From NCBI GenBank assembly GCA_020062745.1, contig JAGUVT010000014.1, forward strand, positions 23,521 through 87,520: 64,000 bases of DNA, given 5' to 3'. The position numbers and the translations under genes were made by a program. The stretch comes from Deltaproteobacteria bacterium (GTDB taxonomy: Bacteria > Bacillota > Desulfotomaculia > Desulfotomaculales > JAGUVT01). Shown piece after piece: positions 38,150 through 46,926 of the stretch. How positions within the stretch are numbered: position 1 is the stretch's first letter; each line of letters begins with the position of its first letter. The notes beneath the pieces were generated by a model. It did no database searches. It was not told the DNA's origin and saw only the letters and a program-made list of their open reading frames with translations.

Positions 38150-39328
38150 TTAAATTACCCCGTCCCGGCGGAAAGATGCAATTTCTTCCGCCGAGTAATT
38201 AAACTGCTTTAAGACTTCTTCCGTATGTTCGCCCATGTCCGGCGGCGCTGAAACTATTTTGGCAGGGGTATCGGATAATTTTATGGGTACCCCGATTTGT
38301 TTTATCGTTCCCAGGCGGGGGTGCTCCATCTCGAAAATCATTTGCCGGTGACGAATCTGGGGGTCTGCGAATACCTCCGCCATATCACAGACCGGTGTGC
38401 AGCAGACATCTTTATCCGCCAGTTCGGCTACCCATTGATCGCGCTCCCTGGTAAGGAACTGTTCCTGTAAGAAACGGCTTAATTCCTCCTGCTTTTCATC
38501 AATATACTGCCACTGGATGTATTCTTCTTTCCCGAAGTATTTACATAAATTCTTCCAAAAATGTTCTTCTGCTGCAGCCAGAGCTACATAACGCCCGTCT
38601 TTTGTCTGATAAACATTGTAACAGGCGTATCGGCCGGTAAACGTCGTCCCGCCTCGCCTGGGTATTTTGCCAGAAGGAAAGTACTCGCCGGCCAATGTGG
38701 CAGCTATGGGAACAGTTCCATCCAGCATCGAGATATCAACAAACTGACCCTTGCCGGTGCGCTGCCGGGCCTGCAGAGCCAGTAAAATACCAATTACAGC
38801 CATCATGGCGCCTCCGGTAAAGTCGGCGATCTGGGTACCGGGAATAACCGGCTTTTCGTTTAGCAGGCCGGTCATCCCGAGAATGCCGGCATAGCCAATG
38901 TAATTGATATCGTGCCCGGGCGCCTGGACATATGGGCCATCCTGTCCGTAACCGGTAACAGAGCAATAAATTATGGCCGGGTTGATTTCTTTCAAAGTGC
39001 TGTAATCAACCCCGATCCTTTTTGGGACTCCAGGACGGTACCCTTCCATCACTACATCTGCTTCTTTAACCATACGGTAAAAGATTTCCTTGCCGGCAGG
39101 ATGCTTGAGATTCAATATAATACTTTTTTTATTCCGGTTGATAAGCAGGAAATTGCCGCCTGTATCACCAACCTTATCGGCTGACATCCAGCGCAAGTAA
39201 TCACCACGACCGGGTTCTTCTATTTTAATAACCTCAGCTCCAAAGTCAGCAAGCATCATAGAACAATAAGGCCCTGGAAGCAAGCGGGTCAGATCAAGCA
39301 CTTTTATTCCTTCCAACGGTGTAGTCAT
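38150..39328 (-). CDS. Family III CoA-transferase (CaiB/BaiF/Frc family)
   Basis: 392 aa with LEGIKVLDLTRLLPGPYCSMMLADFGAEVIKIE and the catalytic Asp region GHDINY. Confidence 0.9.
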   Translation of the reverse strand: MTTPLEGIKVLDLTRLLPGPYCSMMLADFGAEVIKIEEPGRGDYLRWMSADKVGDTGGNFLLINRNKKSIILNLKHPAGKEIFYRMVKEADVVMEGYRPGVPKRIGVDYSTLKEINPAIIYCSVTGYGQDGPYVQAPGHDINYIGYAGILGMTGLLNEKPVIPGTQIADFTGGAMMAVIGILLALQARQRTGKGQFVDISMLDGTVPIAATLAGEYFPSGKIPRRGGTTFTGRYACYNVYQTKDGRYVALAAAEEHFWKNLCKYFGKEEYIQWQYIDEKQEELSRFLQEQFLTRERDQWVAELADKDVCCTPVCDMAEVFADPQIRHRQMIFEMEHPRLGTIKQIGVPIKLSDTPAKIVSAPPDMGEHTEEVLKQFNYSAEEIASFRRDGVI

Positions 39329-39454
39329 AATAGTTCCCCCTTTTTTAATACAATTCTATACATGGACCTTTTGTCGGTAGCAAGAAGAATAGCTTAACAG
39401 ATAAGAATTCTCCAAAAATAGTTCAATTCCTCCCGCCGGGTAGGCACTTTTCAC

Positions 39455-39505
39455 TTAAAAAGCAGCATGTCTTACACGTTTCAAGAGTACGTGCCCATGC
39501 TGCTT
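39455..39505 (-). terminator. Rho-independent terminator after the mutase pair
   Basis: The minus-strand RNA forms the outer stem AAGCAGCAUG/CAUGCUGCUU (39460-39469 pairing with 39496-39505) and the inner stem CACGU/ACGUG, followed by UUUUUAA. Confidence 0.6.
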
Positions 39506-39538
39506 AATAGAAATCCTTTTTGGTTTAACCTAATTTAA

Positions 39539-39943
39539 TTAAGCAGACGCCTTTCGTTTTACGTTTTTACTGATGTAATCGACTATGTGTTCCATTTTTG
39601 AGCCGGGCAAAAATACCTCGTCTACTCCTGCTTCTTTCAGTTTCGGTATGTCATCAAGCGGAAATACCCCGCCCAATACTACGAGGATATCCTTTGCCCC
39701 GCTTTCCGAAAGCAACCGGGTTATTTTGGGGATCAGCTTCATATAGGTTGAAGACAAAAGGCTTAAACCAAGGACATCCACATCTTCCTGAATAGCCGTT
39801 TGAACAATTTGTTCCGGATCTTGCTGCCCAATGTATACAACTTCCATTCCGGCATCCCGTAGCGCCAGGCTTACGATTGTGGCGCCCCAATTGTGAGCGT
39901 CAAAACCAGGTTTTGCCATCAATACTTTGATTTTGCGTTCCAT
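39539..39943 (-). CDS. Cobalamin-binding small subunit of an acyl-CoA mutase (divergent)
   Basis: 134-aa flavodoxin-like B12 domain with the DxHxxG motif as FDAHNWG and GLSLLSS. SD GGGGGA is present. Confidence 0.85.
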   Translation of the reverse strand: MERKIKVLMAKPGFDAHNWGATIVSLALRDAGMEVVYIGQQDPEQIVQTAIQEDVDVLGLSLLSSTYMKLIPKITRLLSESGAKDILVVLGGVFPLDDIPKLKEAGVDEVFLPGSKMEHIVDYISKNVKRKASA

Positions 39944-39963
39944 ACACCTGTTCCCCCTTATGC

Positions 39964-41595
39964 CTACAGCATTCTTTGCTCTGCAACTCCATATACTTTA
40001 CGCCAGACGTCGCATATCTCTCCTACACCGGCATATGCTTTGACGGATTCCATTACGGCCGGCATTACGTTCTGATCTGTTTCACTGACTCTGGCCAGTT
40101 CTGATAACGCCTTTTGTACCCGGTCGTTATCCCGCTCTCTTTTCAGTTTTTCAAATTTGGCCCTTTGAATCTCATAGGTCTTCGGATTAGTTTTATAAAC
40201 ATCGTATTCATAAGGCTCCTCAGCCATTTCGTAGCAGTTGACGCCGACGATATTCAACTCGCCGCCGGCCAACTTTTTGGTATGTTCCCTTTGGGCTTCT
40301 ATTCTTTCTTTGTACAGCCAGCCGGATTCCAGGGCGGCAAACCATCCTCCCTGTTCCTCAATCTTCTGCAAATATTCACGCGCTTTTTCTTCAATCTCAT
40401 TGGTCAGCCACTCGATATAATACGAACCGCCAAGCGGGTCTATAACGTTGGCAATGTTGGTTTCCAGTTGGGCAATTTGCTGCGTCCTGATGGCCATTAA
40501 AACACTTTTCTCTGTCGGGGTGCAAATTGCCTCATCAAACGAGTTGGCATGAATAGACTGGGCTCCCCCCAGAGCTGCCGCCAGCACCTGGTAGGCTATC
40601 CGGACAATGTTGTTCAGAGGCTGCTGGTAGGTATGGGTTGAACCGGCTGTTTGCACATGGAACCGCAACGTCAGTGAATTTGGATTGCGGGCGCCGTATC
40701 TTTCCTTCATCAACCGGTACCACAATCTTCTGGCGGCTCTATATTTGGCGATTTCTTCAAAAAAGTCGTTATGAGCCGATAAATGGAAAGTAAATTTGGG
40801 TACAAAGTCATCCACTGCCAGTCTTTTTCTCTTCAGTTCTTCTTCGATATAGTCTAAAGCTGCGGCAATCAGGCCGGCAATTTCCTGGTAGGCGTTGACC
40901 CCGGTTTCCCGGTAATTATACGAGGTAAAACTAACCGGATGCCATTTGGGTACATTTATGGCGCACCACTCTACCAGGTCAACGCCCAGTCTCAACAGGT
41001 GCCGGGGCGGGTATGAGTCACGAAACGGGCCACAGGCGGCAAAAGAGACGGGATCACCTTCTGTAGTCCCGTCAACGTCGCTTAGCTTTATTCCTCTTTT
41101 TTCAGCCAGGGCAAAATACATTGCGGTGTGGGGACAAGTGGTGGTCATCAAGGGGATAACAGCAGCGCTGATTTTGCCTATCGGCAGACCTTCAAAAATG
41201 GTTTCCATATCCTGCAGGTTGCTTAATGAAACTCCTCCAGCCGCTACTTCTGCCTCTGCCAGTGGATGATTGGGGTCGTGTCCCATAATACTCAGGTTGT
41301 CCATAGCAATGGCAAAGCCGGTAATACCGTTTTCATACTCGTATTTAAATCTTTCATTTGTTGCTTCCGGTGTATCCAGGCCGGAAAATTGGCGGATCGT
41401 CCACAGCTTTCCCCGGTACATGGAAGGATAGATTCCCCTGGTGTAAGGTTCTTCCCCCGGCATGCCCAGATCCCGATCATAATTCAAACCAGATATATCT
41501 CCCGGAGTATAGACTCTTTTTACCGGTATTCCCGAATTCGTGGCAAACACTTCTTTTCTTTCTCTGAATCTTTTTGTTTCTTTAGTTCCTCCCAT
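39964..41595 (-). CDS. Acyl-CoA mutase large (substrate-binding) subunit, divergent paralogue of unknown substrate
   Basis: 543 aa with mutase-family blocks (YTRGIYPSMYRGKLWTIRQ, FFEEIAKYRAARRLW, VIDPLGGSYYIEWLT). The signature positions are changed: RQFSGL (Tyr89 to Phe), GTTEGDP in place of GTIQNDI, and SYN in place of GYH (His244 to Asn). Confidence 0.85.
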   Translation of the reverse strand: MGGTKETKRFRERKEVFATNSGIPVKRVYTPGDISGLNYDRDLGMPGEEPYTRGIYPSMYRGKLWTIRQFSGLDTPEATNERFKYEYENGITGFAIAMDNLSIMGHDPNHPLAEAEVAAGGVSLSNLQDMETIFEGLPIGKISAAVIPLMTTTCPHTAMYFALAEKRGIKLSDVDGTTEGDPVSFAACGPFRDSYPPRHLLRLGVDLVEWCAINVPKWHPVSFTSYNYRETGVNAYQEIAGLIAAALDYIEEELKRKRLAVDDFVPKFTFHLSAHNDFFEEIAKYRAARRLWYRLMKERYGARNPNSLTLRFHVQTAGSTHTYQQPLNNIVRIAYQVLAAALGGAQSIHANSFDEAICTPTEKSVLMAIRTQQIAQLETNIANVIDPLGGSYYIEWLTNEIEEKAREYLQKIEEQGGWFAALESGWLYKERIEAQREHTKKLAGGELNIVGVNCYEMAEEPYEYDVYKTNPKTYEIQRAKFEKLKRERDNDRVQKALSELARVSETDQNVMPAVMESVKAYAGVGEICDVWRKVYGVAEQRML

Positions 41596-41818
41596 AGTTA
41601 TACCTCCTTAAAAAAGACCAATCTTGTGGTTAGTCCATGTTATGAAAAGCATTTTTAATTGATAAAAGTGCTTTTGAAATGTGGAAATCGGATAGGATTG
41701 AATTTTGAATTAAGTATACACGCTTACCTTATAAGCTAACATAATACAAATACTATGTCAATAAAAACAATTCTAAAAAAGAATCATTGCCCTCAGTGTA
41801 AAATAATTGCCTCGAAAT

Positions 41819-41847
41819 TTGCTTAAGGTTTAATATAGCCGTATAAT
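41819..41847 (+). promoter_or_regulatory. Candidate sigma-A promoter of copA
   Basis: TTGCTT (41819-41824), a 17-nt spacer, then TATAAT (41842-41847), 35 nt upstream of the copA ATG. Confidence 0.55.
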
Positions 41848-41882
41848 ATTTGTATGTTAATTTAATATGGAGAGAAAACTGA

Positions 41883-44432
41883 ATGTCTACCGATAAAGAT
41901 TTGAGTAAAATCAGTATCCCTGTAGAAGGTATGAGCTGTGCTGCCTGTGCAGGCCGGGTGGAACAGGCATTGAAAGACACTGCCGGCGTAGCCGGAGCAA
42001 CTGTCAACTTAGTGACAAGTAAGGCCAATATAAACTATAACCCGGCCAAGATTTCAGTAAAAGAATTGGTAGAAACCGTCAGCAACCTGGGCTACAATGT
42101 ACCGGCGGCAGAATCTAATCTGACTGTTCGGGGAATGAACTGCGCTGCCTGCGTAGCCCGAATCGAACGGGCTGTGAGTGATTTGCCCGGTATAGTTAGG
42201 GTAACTGTAAACCTGCCGGCTGAGTCAGCTAGAATAAATTATTACCCTGGCGCAGTTTCGGCAACCAAAATAAAAGAGGAAATTCGTAGTCTGGGATACG
42301 AGGTAACCGAAGAAATAGACGGGCGGGAGTCCGTGGATCGGGAACGGCAGGTTCGTCAGGAGGAAATTCGCCGCCAAGCCCGCAACATGCTTATTGCCTG
42401 GCCCCTGGCCCTGCTGGTGATGCTGGGGATGTTCCGGGATCTCTGGATATTCCCCCGGTTTATTCCTGAATTTATGAGCAACGTCCTTTTCCTATGGACC
42501 CTTACTACCCCGGTAGTCTTTATCCCCGGATGGCAGTTCTTTACACACAGTTTAAACGGTTTAAAAAAAGGCAGCACGGATATGAACCTTCTTTATGCTA
42601 CTGGTATTGGTGCAGCATATGCCATCGCCACCATCAATACCTTATGGCCGGGAGCCGGCTTTGGCGGCAGAGGAGCAACTTTTTTCGAGTCTGCAGCTCT
42701 ACTGACTGCCTTCATTGTCCTGGGCCGTTACCTGGAAGCTCTGACCCGGGGCCGTACTTCCGAAGCAATCAGAAAGCTAATTGGTTTGCAGGCTAAGACA
42801 GCCCGGGTAATCAGGGAGGGCCGGGAAATGGAGATTGCTGTCGAAGAGGTGCTTCCCGGTGACGAGGTCATTGTGCGGCCGGGAGAAAGTATCCCAGTGG
42901 ACGGCCTGATTCTGGAAGGCTATTCAGTTGTGGATGAATCCATGATTACCGGCGAGAGCATACCTGTAGAGAAAAGAACCGGCGACGAAGTAATCGGTGC
43001 AACCATTAACAAGACCGGTTCTTTCAGGTTTAGGGCCACCAGGGTGGGGCGGGACACCGCTCTCTCCCAGATTATCAGATTGGTGGAGGATGCCCAAACT
43101 ACCAAAGCCCCGGTACAAAAGCTGGCCGATTTAGTAGCCGGGCATTTCATTGCCGGAGTTCACGTAACAGCACTGGTGGTGTTTCTTTTTTGGTTCTTTT
43201 ATGGGTATCAGACCTTCTTCCATCCGAACAGTCATTTTATCCTCTCCCCTTATAGTTTGGCAAACGTAGGAGTCTTCGGTTTTGCCCTGCTCCTCAGCGT
43301 GACCACTCTGGTTATTTCCTGCCCCTGCGCCCTCGGCCTAGCTACTCCCAGCGCCATGATGGCTGGCACGGGAAAAGGTGCAGAAAACGGGATTCTTTTT
43401 AAAGGTGCCGATGCGGTAGAAGCCACTGCCGGACTGAAAGTAGTAATATTTGATAAGACCGGCACCATTACCAAAGGAGTACCGTCTCTAACTGATCTTC
43501 TGCCGGCAGCGGGCTTTAATCGAAAAGAATTGCTCCAGCTATCCGCAGCAGTTGAAAAGAATTCGGAACACCCGCTAGGAGAAGCTATAATCCAGGAAGC
43601 ATTGGCCGACGGGTTGGCTATAGGAGAAGCAGAAGAGTTCCAGGCCATTCCCGGGTATGGAATTGAAGCACGTTATCAGGGCCGGAAGGTACTGCTGGGT
43701 AACCGGCGCTTAATGAAACAAGAGAACATTTCTTTTGATGAAATGATGTCCCGGGTAGAATTTCTGGAGGAAGAGGGCAAGACAGCCATGTTTGTTGCTG
43801 TAGACAGCCGGGCCGCCGGAATCATTGCCGTGGCCGATACCCTTAAGGATTACGTACCCCAAGCCGTTGCCCGTCTCAAGCAGATGGGCATAAAAGTGAT
43901 TATGCTCACTGGGGACAACTATCGCACCGCCCGGGCCGTTGCCCGTCAGGCAGGCATCGACCGGGTGCTGGCAGAAGTACTGCCCCAGGATAAGGCTGAA
44001 GAAGTACGCCAACTGCAGGAAAAAGGTCTTCGGGTAGCCATGGTGGGCGACGGCATCAATGACGCTCCGGCACTGGCTACCGCCAACGTTGGTATAGCCA
44101 TTGGCGCCGGTACTGATGTAGCCAAGGAAACAGGTGATGTGATTCTGATCAAATCTGATTTAAGGGATGTTATATCGGCCATTGAGGTGGCCCATGCTAC
44201 CATGCGCAAAGTAAGGCAGAACTTGGTCTGGGCTTTTTTATATAATAGTTTTGGAATACCCATTGCCGCTGGTGTTCTTTATCCTTTAAACGGACTCATC
44301 GTAAGCCCCGAACTAGCTGCCTTTTTTATGGCCATGAGTTCTGTTTCGGTGACAATGAACACCCTGTTGTTGAAGCAGTTTGTTCCTTCTATGAAGAAAG
44401 AGAAAGACAAGCCAGCCTGTGCCCCCGGTTAG
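41883..44432 (+). CDS. copA: Copper-translocating P1B-type ATPase
   Basis: 849 aa with two N-terminal HMA domains ([24 protein letters not shown]), the CPC transmembrane motif (SCPCALG), DKTGT phosphorylation site and GDGINDAP hinge. Confidence 0.95.
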   Translation: MSTDKDLSKISIPVEGMSCAACAGRVEQALKDTAGVAGATVNLVTSKANINYNPAKISVKELVETVSNLGYNVPAAESNLTVRGMNCAACVARIERAVSDLPGIVRVTVNLPAESARINYYPGAVSATKIKEEIRSLGYEVTEEIDGRESVDRERQVRQEEIRRQARNMLIAWPLALLVMLGMFRDLWIFPRFIPEFMSNVLFLWTLTTPVVFIPGWQFFTHSLNGLKKGSTDMNLLYATGIGAAYAIATINTLWPGAGFGGRGATFFESAALLTAFIVLGRYLEALTRGRTSEAIRKLIGLQAKTARVIREGREMEIAVEEVLPGDEVIVRPGESIPVDGLILEGYSVVDESMITGESIPVEKRTGDEVIGATINKTGSFRFRATRVGRDTALSQIIRLVEDAQTTKAPVQKLADLVAGHFIAGVHVTALVVFLFWFFYGYQTFFHPNSHFILSPYSLANVGVFGFALLLSVTTLVISCPCALGLATPSAMMAGTGKGAENGILFKGADAVEATAGLKVVIFDKTGTITKGVPSLTDLLPAAGFNRKELLQLSAAVEKNSEHPLGEAIIQEALADGLAIGEAEEFQAIPGYGIEARYQGRKVLLGNRRLMKQENISFDEMMSRVEFLEEEGKTAMFVAVDSRAAGIIAVADTLKDYVPQAVARLKQMGIKVIMLTGDNYRTARAVARQAGIDRVLAEVLPQDKAEEVRQLQEKGLRVAMVGDGINDAPALATANVGIAIGAGTDVAKETGDVILIKSDLRDVISAIEVAHATMRKVRQNLVWAFLYNSFGIPIAAGVLYPLNGLIVSPELAAFFMAMSSVSVTMNTLLLKQFVPSMKKEKDKPACAPG

Positions 44433-44502
44433 GTAACGCAGCGTCATTTTTGTTTGAAGACAAAAGGGTGCCAATTCAGAAATAAAAAAAAGGAGTATAA
44501 TC

Positions 44503-44709
44503 ATGCCCGATCCGGCCCGCTACAGCGCACTTATCTATACCAGCATTTCCCTCGCTATTGCCGTCATTTTCTTGCTGGCGACTTTTACCACCGGTTTTTT
44601 CTACCCACCGGTAGCACGCCTCGGTGGTGCCGTATGGGTATTTATCCTCAGCATGATTATCACCATGCCGCTGGTCATCCCTTATGTAAAAAAGAAAAGA
44701 AAAATCTAA
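44503..44709 (+). CDS. Small two-TM membrane protein downstream of copA (68 aa)
   Basis: Strong SD AAAGGAG 8 nt before the ATG. Two hydrophobic helices ([37 protein letters not shown]) are followed by a basic tail KKKRKI. Confidence 0.5.
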   Translation: MPDPARYSALIYTSISLAIAVIFLLATFTTGFFYPPVARLGGAVWVFILSMIITMPLVIPYVKKKRKI

Positions 44710-44710
44710 C

Positions 44711-44884
44711 TTTCATTAAAGCTACCAAAGGTGAGATGACCAGGGACAGGCCGGGTAAAATCAACGCCGGCAACTGGTAGCAGAGCGACTTGCCCTGGCC
44801 GGTAGGCATTACGGCCAGGACATCTCCCCCTGCCATTACTTGTTCGATTACTTCTTTCTGAGCAGTTAATAATTCTGACACCAT
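44711..44884 (-). pseudogene. RecQ-family helicase relic (motif 0/I region only)
   Basis: The track ORF 44675..44884 translates to ...[50 protein letters not shown], the RecQ Walker-A block. The similarity stops at 44711, right next to the stop of the small ORF at 44707-44709. The 5' end overlaps the rubrerythrin stop. No helicase remainder follows. Confidence 0.6.
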
Positions 44885-45438
44885 AGCTCATAATAACTTA
44901 TGGGGTGATCACAGGCGGGGCAGATTTCGGGCGGTTCCGTACCTTTGTGCAGGTAACCGCAATTCCGGCACTTCCAGGTAACCTTTTCGTCCCGCCGGAA
45001 AACCTTGCCCTGTTCAATGTTCGCCAAAAGCTTTAGGTAACGCTTTTCATGCCCGACTTCCGCTTCGGCAATCGACCTTAAAACTTTCGCAATTTCGGGA
45101 AATCCTTCTTCTTCAGCCACTTTGGCAAATCCCGGGTACATAATGGTATGTTCAAAGTTTTCTCCAGCCGCCGCGCCTTTCAGGTTTGCAACCGTATTGC
45201 CGATCACGCCGGCAGGAAAAGAAGCGGCAACTTCCGCCTCCCCGCCCTCCAAAAGCTTGAATAAACGCTTGGCATGCTCTTTTTCGTTATCCGCCGTTTC
45301 CAGGAAAAAAGCCGCTATCTGTTCGTAACCCTCCTTCTTCGCCTGGCTTGCGTAGAAGGTGTAGCGGTTCCTGGCCTGCGACTCTCCGGAAAAGGCAGTC
45401 ATCAAGTTGCGCTCAGTACGTGTTCCTTTCAAACTCAT
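44866..45438 (-). CDS. rbr: Rubrerythrin
   Basis: 190 aa with ferritin-like diiron motifs (EsqArnr[16 protein letters not shown]) and a C-terminal rubredoxin-type CRNCG...CPAC. Confidence 0.93.
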   Translation of the reverse strand: MSLKGTRTERNLMTAFSGESQARNRYTFYASQAKKEGYEQIAAFFLETADNEKEHAKRLFKLLEGGEAEVAASFPAGVIGNTVANLKGAAAGENFEHTIMYPGFAKVAEEEGFPEIAKVLRSIAEAEVGHEKRYLKLLANIEQGKVFRRDEKVTWKCRNCGYLHKGTEPPEICPACDHPISYYELWCQNY

Positions 45439-45561
45439 TTTTTATTCCTCCCATGATTTTTGAGTCCTGCGGCACGGCCGCCTTCAATACATCACCATTT
45501 ATAAATAGTATTTCCAGCCGGCCGACTACAAATATACGTAAGTGAAAAAAGAGCCTAAATT

Positions 45562-45590
45562 ATTATAAAACCTGTCCAAATTATGGTCAA
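45562..45590 (-). promoter_or_regulatory. Rubrerythrin promoter with overlapping PerR/Fur-like half box
   Basis: On the minus strand: TTGACC (45590-45585), a 17-nt spacer, then TATAAT (45567-45562). The -10 is embedded in TTATAATAATTTAGG, whose left half matches the PerR box TTATAATnATTATAA. Confidence 0.55.
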
Positions 45591-45626
45591 TATCCTTCCT
45601 CCAGCTTCCTTCTTAATACCTTCCTT

Positions 45627-45646
45627 AACCTTCAGCAACCTTCAGC
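45627..45646. repeat. 10-bp tandem duplication AACCTTCAGC x2
   Basis: Direct reading of 45627-45646, in the intergenic region upstream of the rbr promoter. Confidence 0.8.
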
Positions 45647-45775
45647 CTCTCCGGCAGCTTATAAACAGAAACACCTTTTTTCTTCATGAAGGAAACCAAT
45701 TGCGGCCCAAGCGAACTGGATGATTATTTTACTATACAGGCTTTGTTTTGGTATAATAAAGTTGCTCCTGGCACC

Positions 45776-45806
45776 AAAAATAAAACGACCTCCTAGCCAA
45801 GAGGTC
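45776..45806 (-). terminator. Rho-independent terminator downstream of tRNA-Leu
   Basis: The minus-strand RNA reads GACCUC-UUGGCUAG-GAGGUC (45806-45787) followed by GUUUUAUUUUUGG. Confidence 0.7.
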
Positions 45807-45816
45807 TTGATTTTCC

Positions 45817-45901
45817 TGGTGCGGGCGGCGAGAGTTGAACTCGCACGGGTATTCCCCACTGGATCCTAAGTCCAGCGCGTCTGCCTTTCCGCCACGCCCG
45901 C
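45817..45901 (-). tRNA. tRNA-Leu (anticodon UAG), type II with long variable arm, CCA encoded
   Basis: The minus strand reads GCGGGCG-UG-...CUGGA-CUUAGGA-UCCAG-UGGGGAAUACCCGUG-GCGAG-UUCAACU-CUCGC-CGCCCGC-ACCA. It has a 7-bp acceptor stem, a T-arm and UAG in the anticodon loop. Confidence 0.93.
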
Positions 45902-45925
45902 TTGTTACATCCTTAAACGCAAGTA

Positions 45926-45954
45926 ATTCTAGCACGATAGCGCTGGAATGTCAA
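45926..45954 (-). promoter_or_regulatory. Promoter of tRNA-Leu
   Basis: On the minus strand: TTGACA (45954-45949), a 17-nt spacer, then TAGAAT (45931-45926), 24 nt upstream of the mature 5' end. Confidence 0.65.
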
Positions 45955-45982
45955 TAAATTCTAGAAAGGCTGATGGAACAAT

Positions 45983-46918
45983 ATGAACAGGGAAGCCCTC
46001 CAAACGCCGATGGAACTGCTCCTAGTCGGCGGAACAGTACAAGCAGGTATTTTTGAAACTCTGCATCACAGCCCGATGACAGATGAAGAACTGGCCTCCA
46101 GGTTAAGCCTGAACCGGCGGGCCGTGTGGACTGTCATGGAAGCACTAGTAGCACTCGGCTACTTGATAAAAAAAGAAGAAAAGTATGCCTTATCTACAGA
46201 AGTAGAAGAAACTTTTTTCAAACGTGACAGCATGCTTTATAGCGGGTTTTCCTTTATGCATGGATATGAGTTAACTAAAAGGTGGCTTGAACTGCCGGCG
46301 GTGTTAAAAACCGGCTCTCCAGCCCGGAGAGAGCGGGGATCAATAGGTCAACGCTATTTTATCGAAGCCATGGCCAGTAACGCCCGCCTTTCAGCGCTGG
46401 AAATAGCTTCATTTTGCCTGGCCGGGTTACCTGTAGGCGCCAGGGTGCTGGATATCGGGGGCGGACCGCTTACCCATGCTAGAGCCTTCGCCGGCCGGGG
46501 AGCGCAGGTAACTGTACTTGATGCACCTGAAGTGGTAGAAATGATGCAGCCTACTATTAGAGAAGGTGAGTCCATCGCCATGATCGCTGGAGACTTTACG
46601 GTAGCGCTGCCGCCGGGGCCGTATCACCTGGCTTATCTGGGGAATATCTGCCACATCTACGGCGAAAAGGAAAACCGGGCGCTTTTCCAGCGGGTTGCCG
46701 CCGAACTGGTCCCCGGCGGGCGCATCGCCATAGTCGATTTTGTCAGAGGAGAGCACCCCTTTGCAGCCCTGTTTGCCGTTAACATGCTGATTAATACGGA
46801 AAGGGGCGGCACCTGGACCCTGGCGGAATATACGTGCTGGCTGACCGGCGCCGGTTTTTTAAAAATAGAACTGCATAATGTGACCGGCCGTCAGGTAATT
46901 ACCGCCTTGAAAGAATAA
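45983..46918 (+). CDS. SAM-dependent methyltransferase with N-terminal winged-helix dimerisation domain (O-methyltransferase family-2-like)
   Basis: 311 aa with SAM motif I VLDIGGGPLTHA and an acidic-loop VTVLDAPEV. The N-terminal ~90 aa look wHTH-like. Confidence 0.8.
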   Translation: MNREALQTPMELLLVGGTVQAGIFETLHHSPMTDEELASRLSLNRRAVWTVMEALVALGYLIKKEEKYALSTEVEETFFKRDSMLYSGFSFMHGYELTKRWLELPAVLKTGSPARRERGSIGQRYFIEAMASNARLSALEIASFCLAGLPVGARVLDIGGGPLTHARAFAGRGAQVTVLDAPEVVEMMQPTIREGESIAMIAGDFTVALPPGPYHLAYLGNICHIYGEKENRALFQRVAAELVPGGRIAIVDFVRGEHPFAALFAVNMLINTERGGTWTLAEYTCWLTGAGFLKIELHNVTGRQVITALKE

Positions 46919-46926
46919 GTCCCCTT

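Noticed and set aside
41596-41882. Cobalamin riboswitch upstream of the mutase genes. I also checked 55682-55777 and the region upstream of fumA.
   Set aside because: The leaders are AT-rich and short. I could not find a B12-box-like GCCACTG core or the GC-rich multi-helix architecture.
45745-45806. A plus-strand promoter-like TTACTA-17-TGgTATAAT (45729-45757) followed by the tRNA terminator hairpin, considered as a possible tiny antisense sRNA.
   Set aside because: The transcript would be only ~40 nt and is wholly explained by chance promoter-like sequence in AT-rich DNA next to a bidirectional-looking hairpin. There is no supporting structure or conservation that I can assess.
45659-45935. 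Track ORFs 45659..45859 and 45732..45935 on the minus strand.
   Set aside because: They overlap the tRNA-Leu gene, its promoter and its terminator. The translations contain the tRNA sequence read as protein, so they are spurious.
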